Shown: positions 9,948 through 20,473, counted from the first letter of the stretch. The stretch: 59,585 nt of DNA from an uncultured Bacilli bacterium (GCA_944332525.1 CALVKD010000001.1:115841-175425), one strand, 5' to 3'. Numbers and translations: made by a program. The notes: generated from the sequence alone by a model not told the origin.

Positions 9948-10834
9948 TGATTTATTATCTCCTTTAAAAACATATCTTCGCGATTATTAAGTTTTCTCGC
10001 ATTTTCTTCAATAATATTTAGATGGAAAACATGAGGGAGTTTCTTTTTCTTATCTTTGCAATATATGTACGTGTAATCGACATTTTTCTCATCAAAAACA
10101 TGCAAATCTTTTTCAATAGAAGAACGTAAAAAGTCTTTTTCAGCTGTCATTATTAAACAGTGCGGAAAGTGTTCATTCAAATATTTTAACGGATATAATC
10201 TCCCATCATTAGAATTTATACGTCCATAGTAATCCTTACTAATGCCATGCATCATCGAAAAAGGATTTTTGCCGTTATAAAATAAAGAAAAAGCTGGGCA
10301 ATTCATTATTATTGCTTTGATTTTTATTGCCATTTCTAATCTATCAAATAATTTACGATATTCTTCAGAAGATTGGCAAACACCATAAATGAAAGAAAGA
10401 TTTCCCCCAGCTGAATCTCCAACTAAAAAAGTATTATCTACGTCAAAATGATATTTATCGGCGTTTTCTTTAGCAAAAGAAACGACTTTGTCTAATTCAA
10501 TTAACGGAGTAGGAAACTTATATTTTGGAGCTAGATGATAAGAAAATGATATAACCGCATAACCAAAAGATGCTAGGAGCATAGCGTATCGCTGATAGAG
10601 ATTTTTATCGCCATAGACATAACCTCCCCCATGAACGTTAATAATCAACGGAATTTTTTTATTATTAATGACTTTCTTACCAATAAAAATATCTAACAAA
10701 TTATATTTATCACCATCTTTTACATAAGAAATATCGCGAAATGCTTCAACATCATCAGGTAATGGTATCTTTTTATCTCTCTTAGTATCACCGATATTCC
10801 AAGTAAAATTAATAAATTTTGACCAAAAAGACAT
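9944..10834 (-). CDS. Alpha/beta hydrolase, HSL-family esterase
   Basis: HGGG, GDSAG, EKD and HVF motifs. Confidence 0.9.
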   Translation of the reverse strand: MSFWSKFINFTWNIGDTKRDKKIPLPDDVEAFRDISYVKDGDKYNLLDIFIGKKVINNKKIPLIINVHGGGYVYGDKNLYQRYAMLLASFGYAVISFSYHLAPKYKFPTPLIELDKVVSFAKENADKYHFDVDNTFLVGDSAGGNLSFIYGVCQSSEEYRKLFDRLEMAIKIKAIIMNCPAFSLFYNGKNPFSMMHGISKDYYGRINSNDGRLYPLKYLNEHFPHCLIMTAEKDFLRSSIEKDLHVFDEKNVDYTYIYCKDKKKKLPHVFHLNIIEENARKLNNREDMFLKEIINQ

Positions 10835-10875
10835 AATTATCCCCTTTTATAATTATTATTTATAGTTTTTTGCTT

Positions 10876-13428
10876 TTATAACAAACAAGTAAAATGATAT
10901 TTTCCGTATTCAACTTGATATTTTTTATTATCAGGCATCACTATCTCGCAATGAGTCATAAAAGGAACATCTACATCGATAGAGAATTCTTTGTCCACGA
11001 TTTTCCATTCAACAGAAATATTGCCGTATGGTGAAAGATGTTCACCTTTGCAAGATACAATATCTCCACCGAGAAGAGGTTTCACGCGAAAGCTTTTATA
11101 TCCTGGTTCTATCATCTCTAAGCCGAGTAAACGCTTATATAAGAAATCACCAACAGCTCCCGACGCATAATGGTTAAAAGAAATCATTCCACCGGTTCCA
11201 TCATCGGTAATAGTACACTCACCATTTTCATTTAGAGCATCCCATCTTTCCCAAATCGTAGTTCCTCCAGCAACGACTTCGTGAAGCCAAGAAGGACATT
11301 TTTTATTAAGAAGCATCTTAAACGCTGTCTCTACCTGTCCATGATCGGCTAATGCAAAAAGAATATATGGCGTACCCGGGAAGCCGGTGCCAATTTTGTA
11401 ATCATTCTTTTTAACGAGATTTGAAAGATTTTCTGCAGCTTTTAATTCTGTCTTATGATCAAACATTTCTAAATACAATGGCAGAACATAGGCTGTTTGA
11501 AACTCCTCAAGCATTTTACCATTGCCATCGGTTAATTTGCTTACATAGGCATCGGCAACTTTATTAGACAAACTTCCATAATATTTTTCATCATCTTTAT
11601 AACCGAGAATACTAGCAATCTTGCTCAAAAGCAGCGAGGTATTTCGCAATGATGCTGTCGCAGTCCATTTAGATCTTTTTTGCCATTCGCTCATTTTCTC
11701 TACATCTGGAGCAACCCAGTCACCGAAATGTAATAAGTGGAGAGTATTCCAAATATAGCGGTTTTTTCCAAATGAAAATAATCTGGCCCACCAAGCACAA
11801 GCATCTACATATTTTTTAATAACAGGATACATTATTTTCAAAAGTTTGATATTTCCTGTTGAAAGGTAATTATTATATGGGACTAAAACACAAGCATCAC
11901 CCCAAAAATCGGTCGCTATAACCGGCATTGTCAAAGGAAAACCAAATCCTGCAGAAGGAATAGTATTTGGTAATCCCCCACCCTTTCCTTGTTCAACTTT
12001 CATGTCATTTAACCATTTCTCAAAGAAATTGGTCATCTCAAAATTATAACAAGCAACAGGAGAAAAGACTGCGATATCGCCTGTCCATCCCATTCTTTCA
12101 TCGCGCTGCGGGCAATCGGTTGGAATATCCATCAAATTTGATCTAGCTGACCAAAGAATATTTTGATTTAATCTATTTAATAATTTATCAGAGCATTCAA
12201 ACGAACCAATTTCTTTTAAATTTGAATATAACACCAAAGCAGATACTTCAACATCATAAGCAGGAATTCCTTCAATGGATACATAACGAAAACCCATATA
12301 TGTTAGAGTTGGTGAATAAATTTGCTCACCATCATGGCAAATATAGGTCGCAGCTGCTTTTGCCGAGCGTAAAAATGCTAAATTTAGTTCACCATCGCGA
12401 TTTAAAATTTCTGCGTGGCGAACAATAATTTTCTGCCCGCTTTTGGCATTTTTAATTTTTAAGCGAACAACACCGGCAAAATTTTGTCCAAAATCATAAA
12501 TTTGGGTTCCATTTTTTGAAACAAAAAATTTTTCAGGTACTTTTTCGCCGTGAGAAATTATTCCAACACCATAATCGCCAATTAATTTTGGACTATAACG
12601 CGGTGAAAAAAACTCAGCCTTATGATAACTCAAGCTACCAAATGATTTTCTACCATCAAAAGTTTCACCATCATAGATATCAGCCATCGTCATCATTCCG
12701 TCCATAGTTACATCAAATGTATTATCAGACGGAATTAACTCTTTACTACCATCATCGTACTCAATATATAATTCAAACAATAAAGCTTGCTTATCACTTG
12801 CTAGGCGATTTGAACGCGACATAACAAATGATCCAACAGCCCAGCCACCAGACACGATAATGTTAATCATATCATTACCAGTCAAGAATTTAGTTACATC
12901 ATATGTTTGGTATTGTAAATACGTTTTATATGATGTGTATCCCGGAGCTAAGTAACGATTTCCAACTTTGTTATTATTGATATATAGATTATAAGCACCC
13001 CAAGCTGTCATATAAATTCTCGCACGCTCAATTTTCTTTTCGCTATTAAAGAATTTTCTAAAAGTCATTGGACGTGGAGAAACTTTTTTTTCACTAAAAA
13101 CATATGTTCCATCGCTAATCCATTTGGCTATGAAAGGTGTATCTAATTTCGTAGTTTCAAAAACTATTGATGATGAAGCAGTATCGCCATCAGATAATTT
13201 AACTATTATTTCTGCAGTATATTCTTTGCAAGGCTGTAATTTTTCTCCAGTATAAGTAATGGAGATAGGACTAGTTGATATATCAATATGATTATTTAAT
13301 TTTAATGTAACTTCTTTTATTTTTAAATCTAGTTTTTCAACATCAAGATTAAATGTAAACGTCGGGTTTGCTTTATCGATAAAACTATGTTGTTCTCTAC
13401 CTTCGACTAAAAGATTTCGAATTTGCAT
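10876..13428 (-). CDS. Alpha-L-rhamnosidase, GH78
   Basis: DFGQN, IPTDCPQRDERMGWTGD, TTIWERW, SFNHY motifs. No signal peptide. Confidence 0.93.
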   Translation of the reverse strand: MQIRNLLVEGREQHSFIDKANPTFTFNLDVEKLDLKIKEVTLKLNNHIDISTSPISITYTGEKLQPCKEYTAEIIVKLSDGDTASSSIVFETTKLDTPFIAKWISDGTYVFSEKKVSPRPMTFRKFFNSEKKIERARIYMTAWGAYNLYINNNKVGNRYLAPGYTSYKTYLQYQTYDVTKFLTGNDMINIIVSGGWAVGSFVMSRSNRLASDKQALLFELYIEYDDGSKELIPSDNTFDVTMDGMMTMADIYDGETFDGRKSFGSLSYHKAEFFSPRYSPKLIGDYGVGIISHGEKVPEKFFVSKNGTQIYDFGQNFAGVVRLKIKNAKSGQKIIVRHAEILNRDGELNLAFLRSAKAAATYICHDGEQIYSPTLTYMGFRYVSIEGIPAYDVEVSALVLYSNLKEIGSFECSDKLLNRLNQNILWSARSNLMDIPTDCPQRDERMGWTGDIAVFSPVACYNFEMTNFFEKWLNDMKVEQGKGGGLPNTIPSAGFGFPLTMPVIATDFWGDACVLVPYNNYLSTGNIKLLKIMYPVIKKYVDACAWWARLFSFGKNRYIWNTLHLLHFGDWVAPDVEKMSEWQKRSKWTATASLRNTSLLLSKIASILGYKDDEKYYGSLSNKVADAYVSKLTDGNGKMLEEFQTAYVLPLYLEMFDHKTELKAAENLSNLVKKNDYKIGTGFPGTPYILFALADHGQVETAFKMLLNKKCPSWLHEVVAGGTTIWERWDALNENGECTITDDGTGGMISFNHYASGAVGDFLYKRLLGLEMIEPGYKSFRVKPLLGGDIVSCKGEHLSPYGNISVEWKIVDKEFSIDVDVPFMTHCEIVMPDNKKYQVEYGKYHFTCLL

Positions 13429-13430
13429 AT

Positions 13431-15809
13431 TTATCCCTCCACCTTAATAATTACATCAATTGTTCCATATTTGTTGGAGCTAGCTGTAAACGAAATATCA
13501 CCTTTTCCATCAGGTCTAAATATAGCAATTGCTTCACCGAGATAAGTATCAGTTTTAGTATCTTTATAACCGATAGGATTATATGAACATGCATTAGCTA
13601 ATCCTTCTAACGTAGCATTTTTTACATTAGATATTTCAATAATATCTCTTGCTAATGGGTTATAAATACCATCACTATCGGCATATTTAAATCTTACATA
13701 AGCTAATCCATCTTTACGTATCGTTTCAAGCTCCGGATATGCTCTTAATTTAATATCACTATCCGCGGTTTTTAATGTAGTTTCACCTAATTTTCTATTA
13801 TCTTTATCATATGCGATAGCTTTTAACGTACCTTTTTGATAATTTACTGTAAATTGAACAATACAGTTTTTCTTATTTCTCTTCTTTCTTTGTAAAAGTT
13901 TATCATTGAGATATAATTCAGCGTATTCACCATTGGTATAGACTTCAACAACTGTCTTTTTTCCCTCATATCCCGGGAATGTCCAAGAATCAATTGTTTC
14001 ATTCATTTTCCAAGAAGATGGTGAGTGCTTGTCTTTAAAGTAATGGACAGGTATTACGGCTATTTCAATTGGCGATAAATTAAAAGCAACCTTGGTGTAT
14101 AACGCTTCTCCTAATTCTTTACCGGTTATATCAACTCTACCTGAGCCAGCTGTTAACCAGCCAACATTATGTTCAAATTCTTTACAATGGTCTTTATGTG
14201 TCCATGAACCAATACCGACTTCACCAATATAATCCATACCAGCCCAAACAAAATCACCGATGAGACGAGGATTCTTTTCAGCTAACTTCATGAAATGGTA
14301 GGCATCGCTACAAAATGTTTCGGATCCTAAAATTAAGCGATGAGGATATTTTTTGAGGTCATGTTTATATCTTTTGATTCCATAATTATAACCAGCGATA
14401 TCCATGTTAGCAAACGCTCCACGAGTTTTATAGTCGCAAAGGAAAAGCCAAGCACCGGTTTTCATCGCTTCTGCTCCCAATAACCCGGCGAGATTATTAA
14501 AGAATTCCGATCCAACCTTCTTTCTCTTCTTTTCCGTTGCAGTCTTATTTTTTTCTGCTTTTTTATCAGAATATACTCCAAATCCCATTGAGAAAAGTAA
14601 ATTAAAGAAAATATTAATTCCACAAGTAACTGGTCGGGTATCATCTAGTGAATGGATATATTCTGTCATCTCTTTAGTTAAAGCGATACCTTTTTTTTGA
14701 CCCGTTTCTGCTACTTCATTACCGGTTGAATACATAACAACACTTGGGTGATTATAATCTTTTTCGACCATATCATAAATATCTTTTTCATGCCATTCCT
14801 CAAAGTAGTCGACATAATCGTGGGCTGTTTTATGAATATACCAGCAATCAACTAATTCGTCTAGCATCATCATACCTAGTTCATCACAAGCGTTTAATAA
14901 AGACTTTGAACAAGGGTTATGAGCTGACCGTAACGCATTATATCCTACGTCTTTTAATATTTTCACTCTTCTGCGATCAGCGGATTCATCACTTATAGCA
15001 CCGAGAGGTCCATTATCATGATGGATACATGCGCCTCTAATTAAAACGTTTTTACCATTAATTTTGAAACCTTCATCATTCCACGAAACTTGACGAATAC
15101 CAAATTTCTCATATACGATATCTTTATTAAATTCAACTTTGCAAGTATATAATTTTGGATTATCAACATCCCATAATTTTGCATCTTCAAGTTTCAAAGC
15201 AATTGCTGTTTCGTCAGTTGCTTTTTTTGATTTTATGGCAATTTTTTTATCACCATCAAGAATAGTCACTGTTAACGATCCCGTTCCAATAGTTTTGACT
15301 TTGACTTCAATTTCAGGAGGATTAATTCCTAATGTTTTTATTTTAACTCCATTGACTTCAATATGATTAGCAATATCAAAACTATATAGGTAAACTGGAC
15401 GATATATTCCAGAACCAGAATACCAACGAGAATTCGGCTGATCTGCATTATGCGCGATGACTTTTATCTCATTTGTTTGACCATATTTGACATGTTTTGT
15501 AATATCGACAAAGAAATCTGTATACCCGTATGGTCTAAAATAAACTTTTTCACCATTAATATATATTTCTGCATTATGATAGATACCTTCAAATTCTAAA
15601 ACATATCCTTTGCTCGTATCAGAAGAGATAGCAATCTCTTTTTTATATTCATAATCATACCCCTCAAAGTAACCAGTATTAATTCCTCCAAGTGATGATT
15701 GAACTCTTTTTTCATAAATCATTGCATCATGAGGTATATTAATGAGCCTTTCTTCACTATCGTTAACGCGTTTGAAAAGCCAGCCCTTATTTAAGCAAAT
15801 TTTCTCCAT
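13431..15809 (-). CDS. GH2 glycoside hydrolase (beta-galactosidase-like)
   Basis: SRWYSGSGIYR, RSAHNP, GNE acid/base, SET nucleophile region, GDFVWAG. Confidence 0.92.
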   Translation of the reverse strand: MEKICLNKGWLFKRVNDSEERLINIPHDAMIYEKRVQSSLGGINTGYFEGYDYEYKKEIAISSDTSKGYVLEFEGIYHNAEIYINGEKVYFRPYGYTDFFVDITKHVKYGQTNEIKVIAHNADQPNSRWYSGSGIYRPVYLYSFDIANHIEVNGVKIKTLGINPPEIEVKVKTIGTGSLTVTILDGDKKIAIKSKKATDETAIALKLEDAKLWDVDNPKLYTCKVEFNKDIVYEKFGIRQVSWNDEGFKINGKNVLIRGACIHHDNGPLGAISDESADRRRVKILKDVGYNALRSAHNPCSKSLLNACDELGMMMLDELVDCWYIHKTAHDYVDYFEEWHEKDIYDMVEKDYNHPSVVMYSTGNEVAETGQKKGIALTKEMTEYIHSLDDTRPVTCGINIFFNLLFSMGFGVYSDKKAEKNKTATEKKRKKVGSEFFNNLAGLLGAEAMKTGAWLFLCDYKTRGAFANMDIAGYNYGIKRYKHDLKKYPHRLILGSETFCSDAYHFMKLAEKNPRLIGDFVWAGMDYIGEVGIGSWTHKDHCKEFEHNVGWLTAGSGRVDITGKELGEALYTKVAFNLSPIEIAVIPVHYFKDKHSPSSWKMNETIDSWTFPGYEGKKTVVEVYTNGEYAELYLNDKLLQRKKRNKKNCIVQFTVNYQKGTLKAIAYDKDNRKLGETTLKTADSDIKLRAYPELETIRKDGLAYVRFKYADSDGIYNPLARDIIEISNVKNATLEGLANACSYNPIGYKDTKTDTYLGEAIAIFRPDGKGDISFTASSNKYGTIDVIIKVEG

Positions 15810-15854
15810 AATTTCTCCTAAGTAATCAAATTCTATTCATTATTATCCATAATG

Positions 15855-15884
15855 ATTATATCATGAAAACTCTTACATCGCCAA
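15855..15884 (-). promoter_or_regulatory. Sigma-A promoter of the GH2 operon with a cre-like site in the spacer
   Basis: Minus strand TTGGCG-18-TATAAT with extended TG. TGAAAACTCTTACA at 15864-15877 is one mismatch from the cre consensus. Confidence 0.55.
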
Positions 15885-15955
15885 ATGATATGCGGAAGTT
15901 GAATAATGCATTAAATTTTGTTATTATTTTTGCATAAATAAGCAGGTTTAAGCAT

Positions 15956-16720
15956 ATGTACTCAATTGAAAGGCAAAATAAAATATTAGAAATATTAAAA
16001 GAAAAGAAGACGGTTTCAATCGAAAAACTATCTTCTATTCTTTACACATCATCATCAACAGTTAGAAGAGACTTAAACAAATTAGAGCAACGTGGTCTCG
16101 TTGTTAGAACTTTTGGAGGGGTTATTTTAAACTCTAATCCAAGTAATAAAGAAGTCCCTCTTTTATTAAGAGAATCACAAAATATTATTACAAAACGTTC
16201 TCTATGTCAAAGAGCAACAAGATTATTGAAGGACAACTGCACAATTTATTTTGATTCTTCTTCAACAACTTTGCAAATCGCTCAGTTTCTCAATGATTTT
16301 GAAAATTTAGTAATAGTTACTAACGGATTGAGCATTGCTAACGAAATTATTTCTACGACTAAGCATGAAGTATATTTGCCATGTGGGAAAATTGATTCTT
16401 CAACCACATCAATTTTAGGTCCACTTGCTTTTGAAGACATTTCATCATTTCACTTTTCATACACCATCATTTCTTGTGCTGCTATCGATTTAAATTTTGG
16501 AATATCCGAAACTTCTTTAGAGCAAGCAGAAATAAAAAGAATTGCTTGTCAAAACGCTGATAAAGTTATTTTATTGGTTGATTCATCAAAATTTAATAAA
16601 AAATCTAATTTTAAAAATAATATCTTAAGTCAAATTGATTATGTCGTAACAAACGGTGATATAGATTCAGCATATGATAATTTTTTTCAAAAACATGATA
16701 TAAAAGTTTTTAAAGTCTAA
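15956..16720 (+). CDS. DeoR/GlpR family transcriptional regulator
   Basis: HTH STVRRDLNKLE...RTFGG, sensor domain DSSST, VTN, DSSKF. Divergent from the GH2 operon. Confidence 0.93.
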   Translation: MYSIERQNKILEILKEKKTVSIEKLSSILYTSSSTVRRDLNKLEQRGLVVRTFGGVILNSNPSNKEVPLLLRESQNIITKRSLCQRATRLLKDNCTIYFDSSSTTLQIAQFLNDFENLVIVTNGLSIANEIISTTKHEVYLPCGKIDSSTTSILGPLAFEDISSFHFSYTIISCAAIDLNFGISETSLEQAEIKRIACQNADKVILLVDSSKFNKKSNFKNNILSQIDYVVTNGDIDSAYDNFFQKHDIKVFKV

Positions 16721-16742
16721 TATTCATTTTAATTTATTGCAT

Positions 16743-16780
16743 AAAAAAAGAGGATTGAAGTTCAATCCTCTAATTTTTTT
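16743..16780. terminator. Bidirectional intrinsic terminator
   Basis: AGAGGATTGAA-G-TTCAATCCTCT flanked by A and T tracts between convergent genes. Confidence 0.8.
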
Positions 16781-16781
16781 A

Positions 16782-17180
16782 TTACTTTTGTAAATCAAAC
16801 CAAGGAGCAACAATATTTGCGATTGCTGCGACACCACCGAATCCTAACGAAAGGAAGAATGGAGTCATGATGCTCATTGGATCAAGACCTGCAATACACC
16901 ATCCAATTTGATCAATTTGTCCGCCAAATAAACTAGTAAGAACATTGCATATCGACCAAACAGCAACGATAATTGGAAGGTAATTCATATATTTGTTATG
17001 AATAAACAAACCGGCAACAATGATGATTGCTTGAACGATAATTAACAATACTCCGGAAGCAGTGACGCTTGAGACAGCATATTGTGTTCCTGAATAGATA
17101 GAAACCCAAATTATACTTAAAATCAAGGTAACTAATAAGATGTAGGTTGAAACACCAATTCTTTTAAAATCTAACTTCAT
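16782..17180 (-). CDS. Small integral membrane protein (about 4 TM), function unknown
   Basis: 132 aa with four hydrophobic stretches; starts 5 bp after the GH3 stop with GGAGG SD. Confidence 0.8.
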   Translation of the reverse strand: MKLDFKRIGVSTYILLVTLILSIIWVSIYSGTQYAVSSVTASGVLLIIVQAIIIVAGLFIHNKYMNYLPIIVAVWSICNVLTSLFGGQIDQIGWCIAGLDPMSIMTPFFLSLGFGGVAAIANIVAPWFDLQK

Positions 17181-17185
17181 TTTAC

Positions 17186-20100
17186 TTAAGCCTCCACTTC
17201 TGTATTTTCTTCTTTATTTTCTTTAACAACTGTTAAGACGGTGATAACAGCTAAAGCAGCAGTAAGGACGCCTAATCCAATATCAACACCGAGTAAGGTA
17301 TTTTGCCACCAAGTTGTGCTGTATACCATATAGGAATTAGGTGTTAAACCATTCATAACATTTCCTTGAGCAAAATTATAAAGGAAATATTTAATAGCAA
17401 CTTGCATCTTGTATTGGAAAGTTGAATCGCCTTCAATTTCTTTCTTATTTTGCGACATACTACCAATATTTGATGACTGATACGTAGCTGTACTACCTAA
17501 GCAGGTTCCGCCGCCGCCAAGAATGACAACTCTCCAGTTCATGTAATCGCCGCCATTAATCATATCAGTGTTAATCCAGCCTGTATATCCCCATTCATTA
17601 CGAAGTATCTGTTCTTGTAACCCAAAATGTCCGCCAACGAATACGGTGCCAGCTCTGTTGAATGCAGTCATAACACCCATAGCTGAGTTAGATTGCATGC
17701 AACCTTGGAAAGCTCTTAATTCATTTTCACGAGCTGATTGCTCAGTGAAGAATGTCGCTAAGCCTGAACGGTTAGATTCTTGTGAGTTAAATGCTAAGTG
17801 TTTTGGTTCCATATTAATACCTTTAGACTTACCACCTTCGCAGACAGCATTGCCTAAGATTGAGGTAAGAACCGCATCTTCAGAATAATATTCGAAGTTA
17901 CGAGCACAATATGGAGTTCTATGTAAGTTGAGACCTGGAGCGAATTGTCCTTGAATATTCATCCAAATGCCGTCATTACCGAACATAACACCTTCTTCAT
18001 AAAGTAATTCTTCATTGAATGTCGCTGCAACTAATGGTTCAGTAGGCATTTGAGCAGCTGACCAAGTTCCGCAAGGATCAGAGGTAGTTGTGTAGTATGG
18101 GCTCCAAGATTTGTCTTCGGTCCATCTAGCTGCATAGTTTGCAACTTGGTCTTGGACGATACCGATAGGGCCATCTTGGTTATATAAGATAGGCAAGTTA
18201 ATGGATGGTAAAGGTTCAAAACCATTACCGCCATTTTCAATAAATGTCATAGCATCTTCAAGTGTAATTTGCTCAACCATTTCTTGCCAAACAGGATCTG
18301 ATAAATCTTTAACTCCGAGATATTCATCATCGTCGCTTAATTCAAGACCAGATGCGATAGTAACTCCACTATCTTTTCCCCAAGTGACATCATATGTATC
18401 ATTATTAGTTAATGGATGAATTGTATTTTCAAGCCCAGCTGCCATTGATTCAGAAGGTACTAAATCAGTAACAGTGTCCCATCCTAATGACCAGTCATAA
18501 CGTGTTGTATAAGTAACAACATCTTCTTCATAGAAATCGTTAACATCCGATGCTTCCTCACCGACAAAAGCATTCTTAACATTAACATTCAATAAAGCTT
18601 CAAGTGATTCTTGAGCTGATGTTGAAACTGCATATGCCTTTGCATTTGTCGCAACAATTTCTTGTGAAGGATCATCTGAAACTTTTACAAGTCCTTGAGT
18701 ATGTCCTTGTGCAGCAAGAACGTTATTTAAGGCAGCATGAGCACCATTACCAATTGCGAAATAGTAATTTCCTGCATCAACTCTCCAGCCACCATTACCA
18801 TTTTTATAGCCAGTATCGTATGTTGCGAAATTCTTAACATCAAATTCAACTGTGACTTCTTCTGTAGCATTAGGTTGTAATACTTGAGTTTTACCAAATC
18901 CAACTAATTGGATACCAACTTTTTCAACGCCTTCTTCAACATATGGAGCTTGAACATATAATTGAACAGTATTCTTTCCAGGAACAGAACCAGTATTTTG
19001 AACAGTAACTTTTGCGGTTCCGAGTCCGGTTTTTGCATCAATAGTAATATCACCAAGTGTTTGAGTGAAAGTAGAATAGCTTAATCCATAACCAAATGGG
19101 AAAGTTACTTCATCTTCATATTTCCAAGCAGCACCTGTAGAAGAACCTTCAGTAGAGTCAGCATTATTTCTATCTAATACCAAATCATTGTAACGTGTTT
19201 CATAGTATTTATATCCTTTATAGATACCCTCGTTTTCAATGATATACCAGTCATTCTTATTTCCATCAGCATTTTCATCTTGTCCTTCGAATGTAATAAC
19301 ACCAAAATGCTGCATTGCTGGTGACGATTCTGATTGAACAGCGTATGTATCAACAAGTGATCCAGAAGGAGAAACTTCACCATTGAGGACTTGAGCTAAA
19401 CCTCTAAATCCGTTAATGCCTGGAGTTCCAACCCACATGATGGCGTCAATACCATCATCATTGACGAGTTCTTCAATTTCCATTGGGTTTGAAGCATTAA
19501 TTAAGACAACAACTTTGCCATTACTATGTTCCTTCGCAGCAGCAATAACGGCTTTTTCATTTGTAGATAAGCTTAATGGTCCAGATGTAAATGAATCACC
19601 TGGAGTCGAGCAAGTTTGTTCAGGATAGTAATCGGCAGCTTCAGAAGAGTCACGAGAAATGACAACTACTGCTGTAGTATTATCAGCACTAGATAAAACA
19701 TTAGATGGATAGACGCTCATCGGAGCTTCACCAGATGGTGTTGATTCAGTATTTGAATAGATTGTTCCAAAAGCAGGTGATAAACCATGTCCGGTCTGGC
19801 CAAATCCTCTTCTTAAATATTGACCTAAAGTATCTGCTTTATCAGAATCAGTAAATGAAGCATAGAAGTCAATCATGTCTTCGTTTAAAGTAAATCCACC
19901 AACGTCCGTCAATGCTTTTTCTAAAGTCCAATTGGTTTGAGATCCATCAGGAGCAACTGTCGCCTGAGAACCAATCATACCACCTTGAGTAGGATAATGA
20001 GAATTCAATCCCCAAAGTGTAATTGTTTCAGATTTTGCTAAAGGAAGAGCAGCACTAGCATCAATTAAATTATTTTTTAATAAAGTAACACCTTCACTAG

Positions 20101-20344
20101 CAATTTCTGTTGCCAAATCAACTTTTGCAGAAGTTAAATCTTCTAACTTAGAATAATCTGATTTCCAATAAATGTAATCCTCTGGATCTTCACCTGCAGG
20201 TGTAACAACTTGCCAGTTCGTCACGCTGAGTTGAGTGTTAATCCAAGAATTGTACGTGGACGCAATTTGCGTACCGACCATCAAGGCACCAAATAAAGCG
20301 CCTGATGTAGCTAAAAGTCCACGCATTAGCTTTGATTTTCTCAT
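17186..20344 (-). CDS. Membrane-anchored GH3 beta-glycosidase with permuted domain order
   Basis: N-terminal signal/anchor, sandwich domain first (EGVTLLKN...YRYYE-like YKYYE, FPFGYGLSY), Fn3-like domain, then barrel (RNFEYYSED, KHLAFN, NTDM nucleophile), C-terminal TM helix. Confidence 0.92.
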   Translation of the reverse strand: MRKSKLMRGLLATSGALFGALMVGTQIASTYNSWINTQLSVTNWQVVTPAGEDPEDYIYWKSDYSKLEDLTSAKVDLATEIASEGVTLLKNNLIDASAALPLAKSETITLWGLNSHYPTQGGMIGSQATVAPDGSQTNWTLEKALTDVGGFTLNEDMIDFYASFTDSDKADTLGQYLRRGFGQTGHGLSPAFGTIYSNTESTPSGEAPMSVYPSNVLSSADNTTAVVVISRDSSEAADYYPEQTCSTPGDSFTSGPLSLSTNEKAVIAAAKEHSNGKVVVLINASNPMEIEELVNDDGIDAIMWVGTPGINGFRGLAQVLNGEVSPSGSLVDTYAVQSESSPAMQHFGVITFEGQDENADGNKNDWYIIENEGIYKGYKYYETRYNDLVLDRNNADSTEGSSTGAAWKYEDEVTFPFGYGLSYSTFTQTLGDITIDAKTGLGTAKVTVQNTGSVPGKNTVQLYVQAPYVEEGVEKVGIQLVGFGKTQVLQPNATEEVTVEFDVKNFATYDTGYKNGNGGWRVDAGNYYFAIGNGAHAALNNVLAAQGHTQGLVKVSDDPSQEIVATNAKAYAVSTSAQESLEALLNVNVKNAFVGEEASDVNDFYEEDVVTYTTRYDWSLGWDTVTDLVPSESMAAGLENTIHPLTNNDTYDVTWGKDSGVTIASGLELSDDDEYLGVKDLSDPVWQEMVEQITLEDAMTFIENGGNGFEPLPSINLPILYNQDGPIGIVQDQVANYAARWTEDKSWSPYYTTTSDPCGTWSAAQMPTEPLVAATFNEELLYEEGVMFGNDGIWMNIQGQFAPGLNLHRTPYCARNFEYYSEDAVLTSILGNAVCEGGKSKGINMEPKHLAFNSQESNRSGLATFFTEQSARENELRAFQGCMQSNSAMGVMTAFNRAGTVFVGGHFGLQEQILRNEWGYTGWINTDMINGGDYMNWRVVILGGGGTCLGSTATYQSSNIGSMSQNKKEIEGDSTFQYKMQVAIKYFLYNFAQGNVMNGLTPNSYMVYSTTWWQNTLLGVDIGLGVLTAALAVITVLTVVKENKEENTEVEA

Positions 20345-20445
20345 TTTTCACCCTCCAATATTCTGTGAGAAAACACAGATACTAATCACCAAAGAAGAAA
20401 AATTATACCTACCATTAATTTTCCTTTGGTTATTAATACATTCGA

Positions 20446-20473
20446 ATTATAGCATGTAATCGCTTTCAAACAA
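20446..20473 (-). promoter_or_regulatory. GH3 promoter with cre site
   Basis: Extended -10 TGcTATAAT (20446-20454). TGTAATCGCTTTCA at 20455-20468 fits cre consensus TGWNANCGNTNWCA. Confidence 0.65.
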
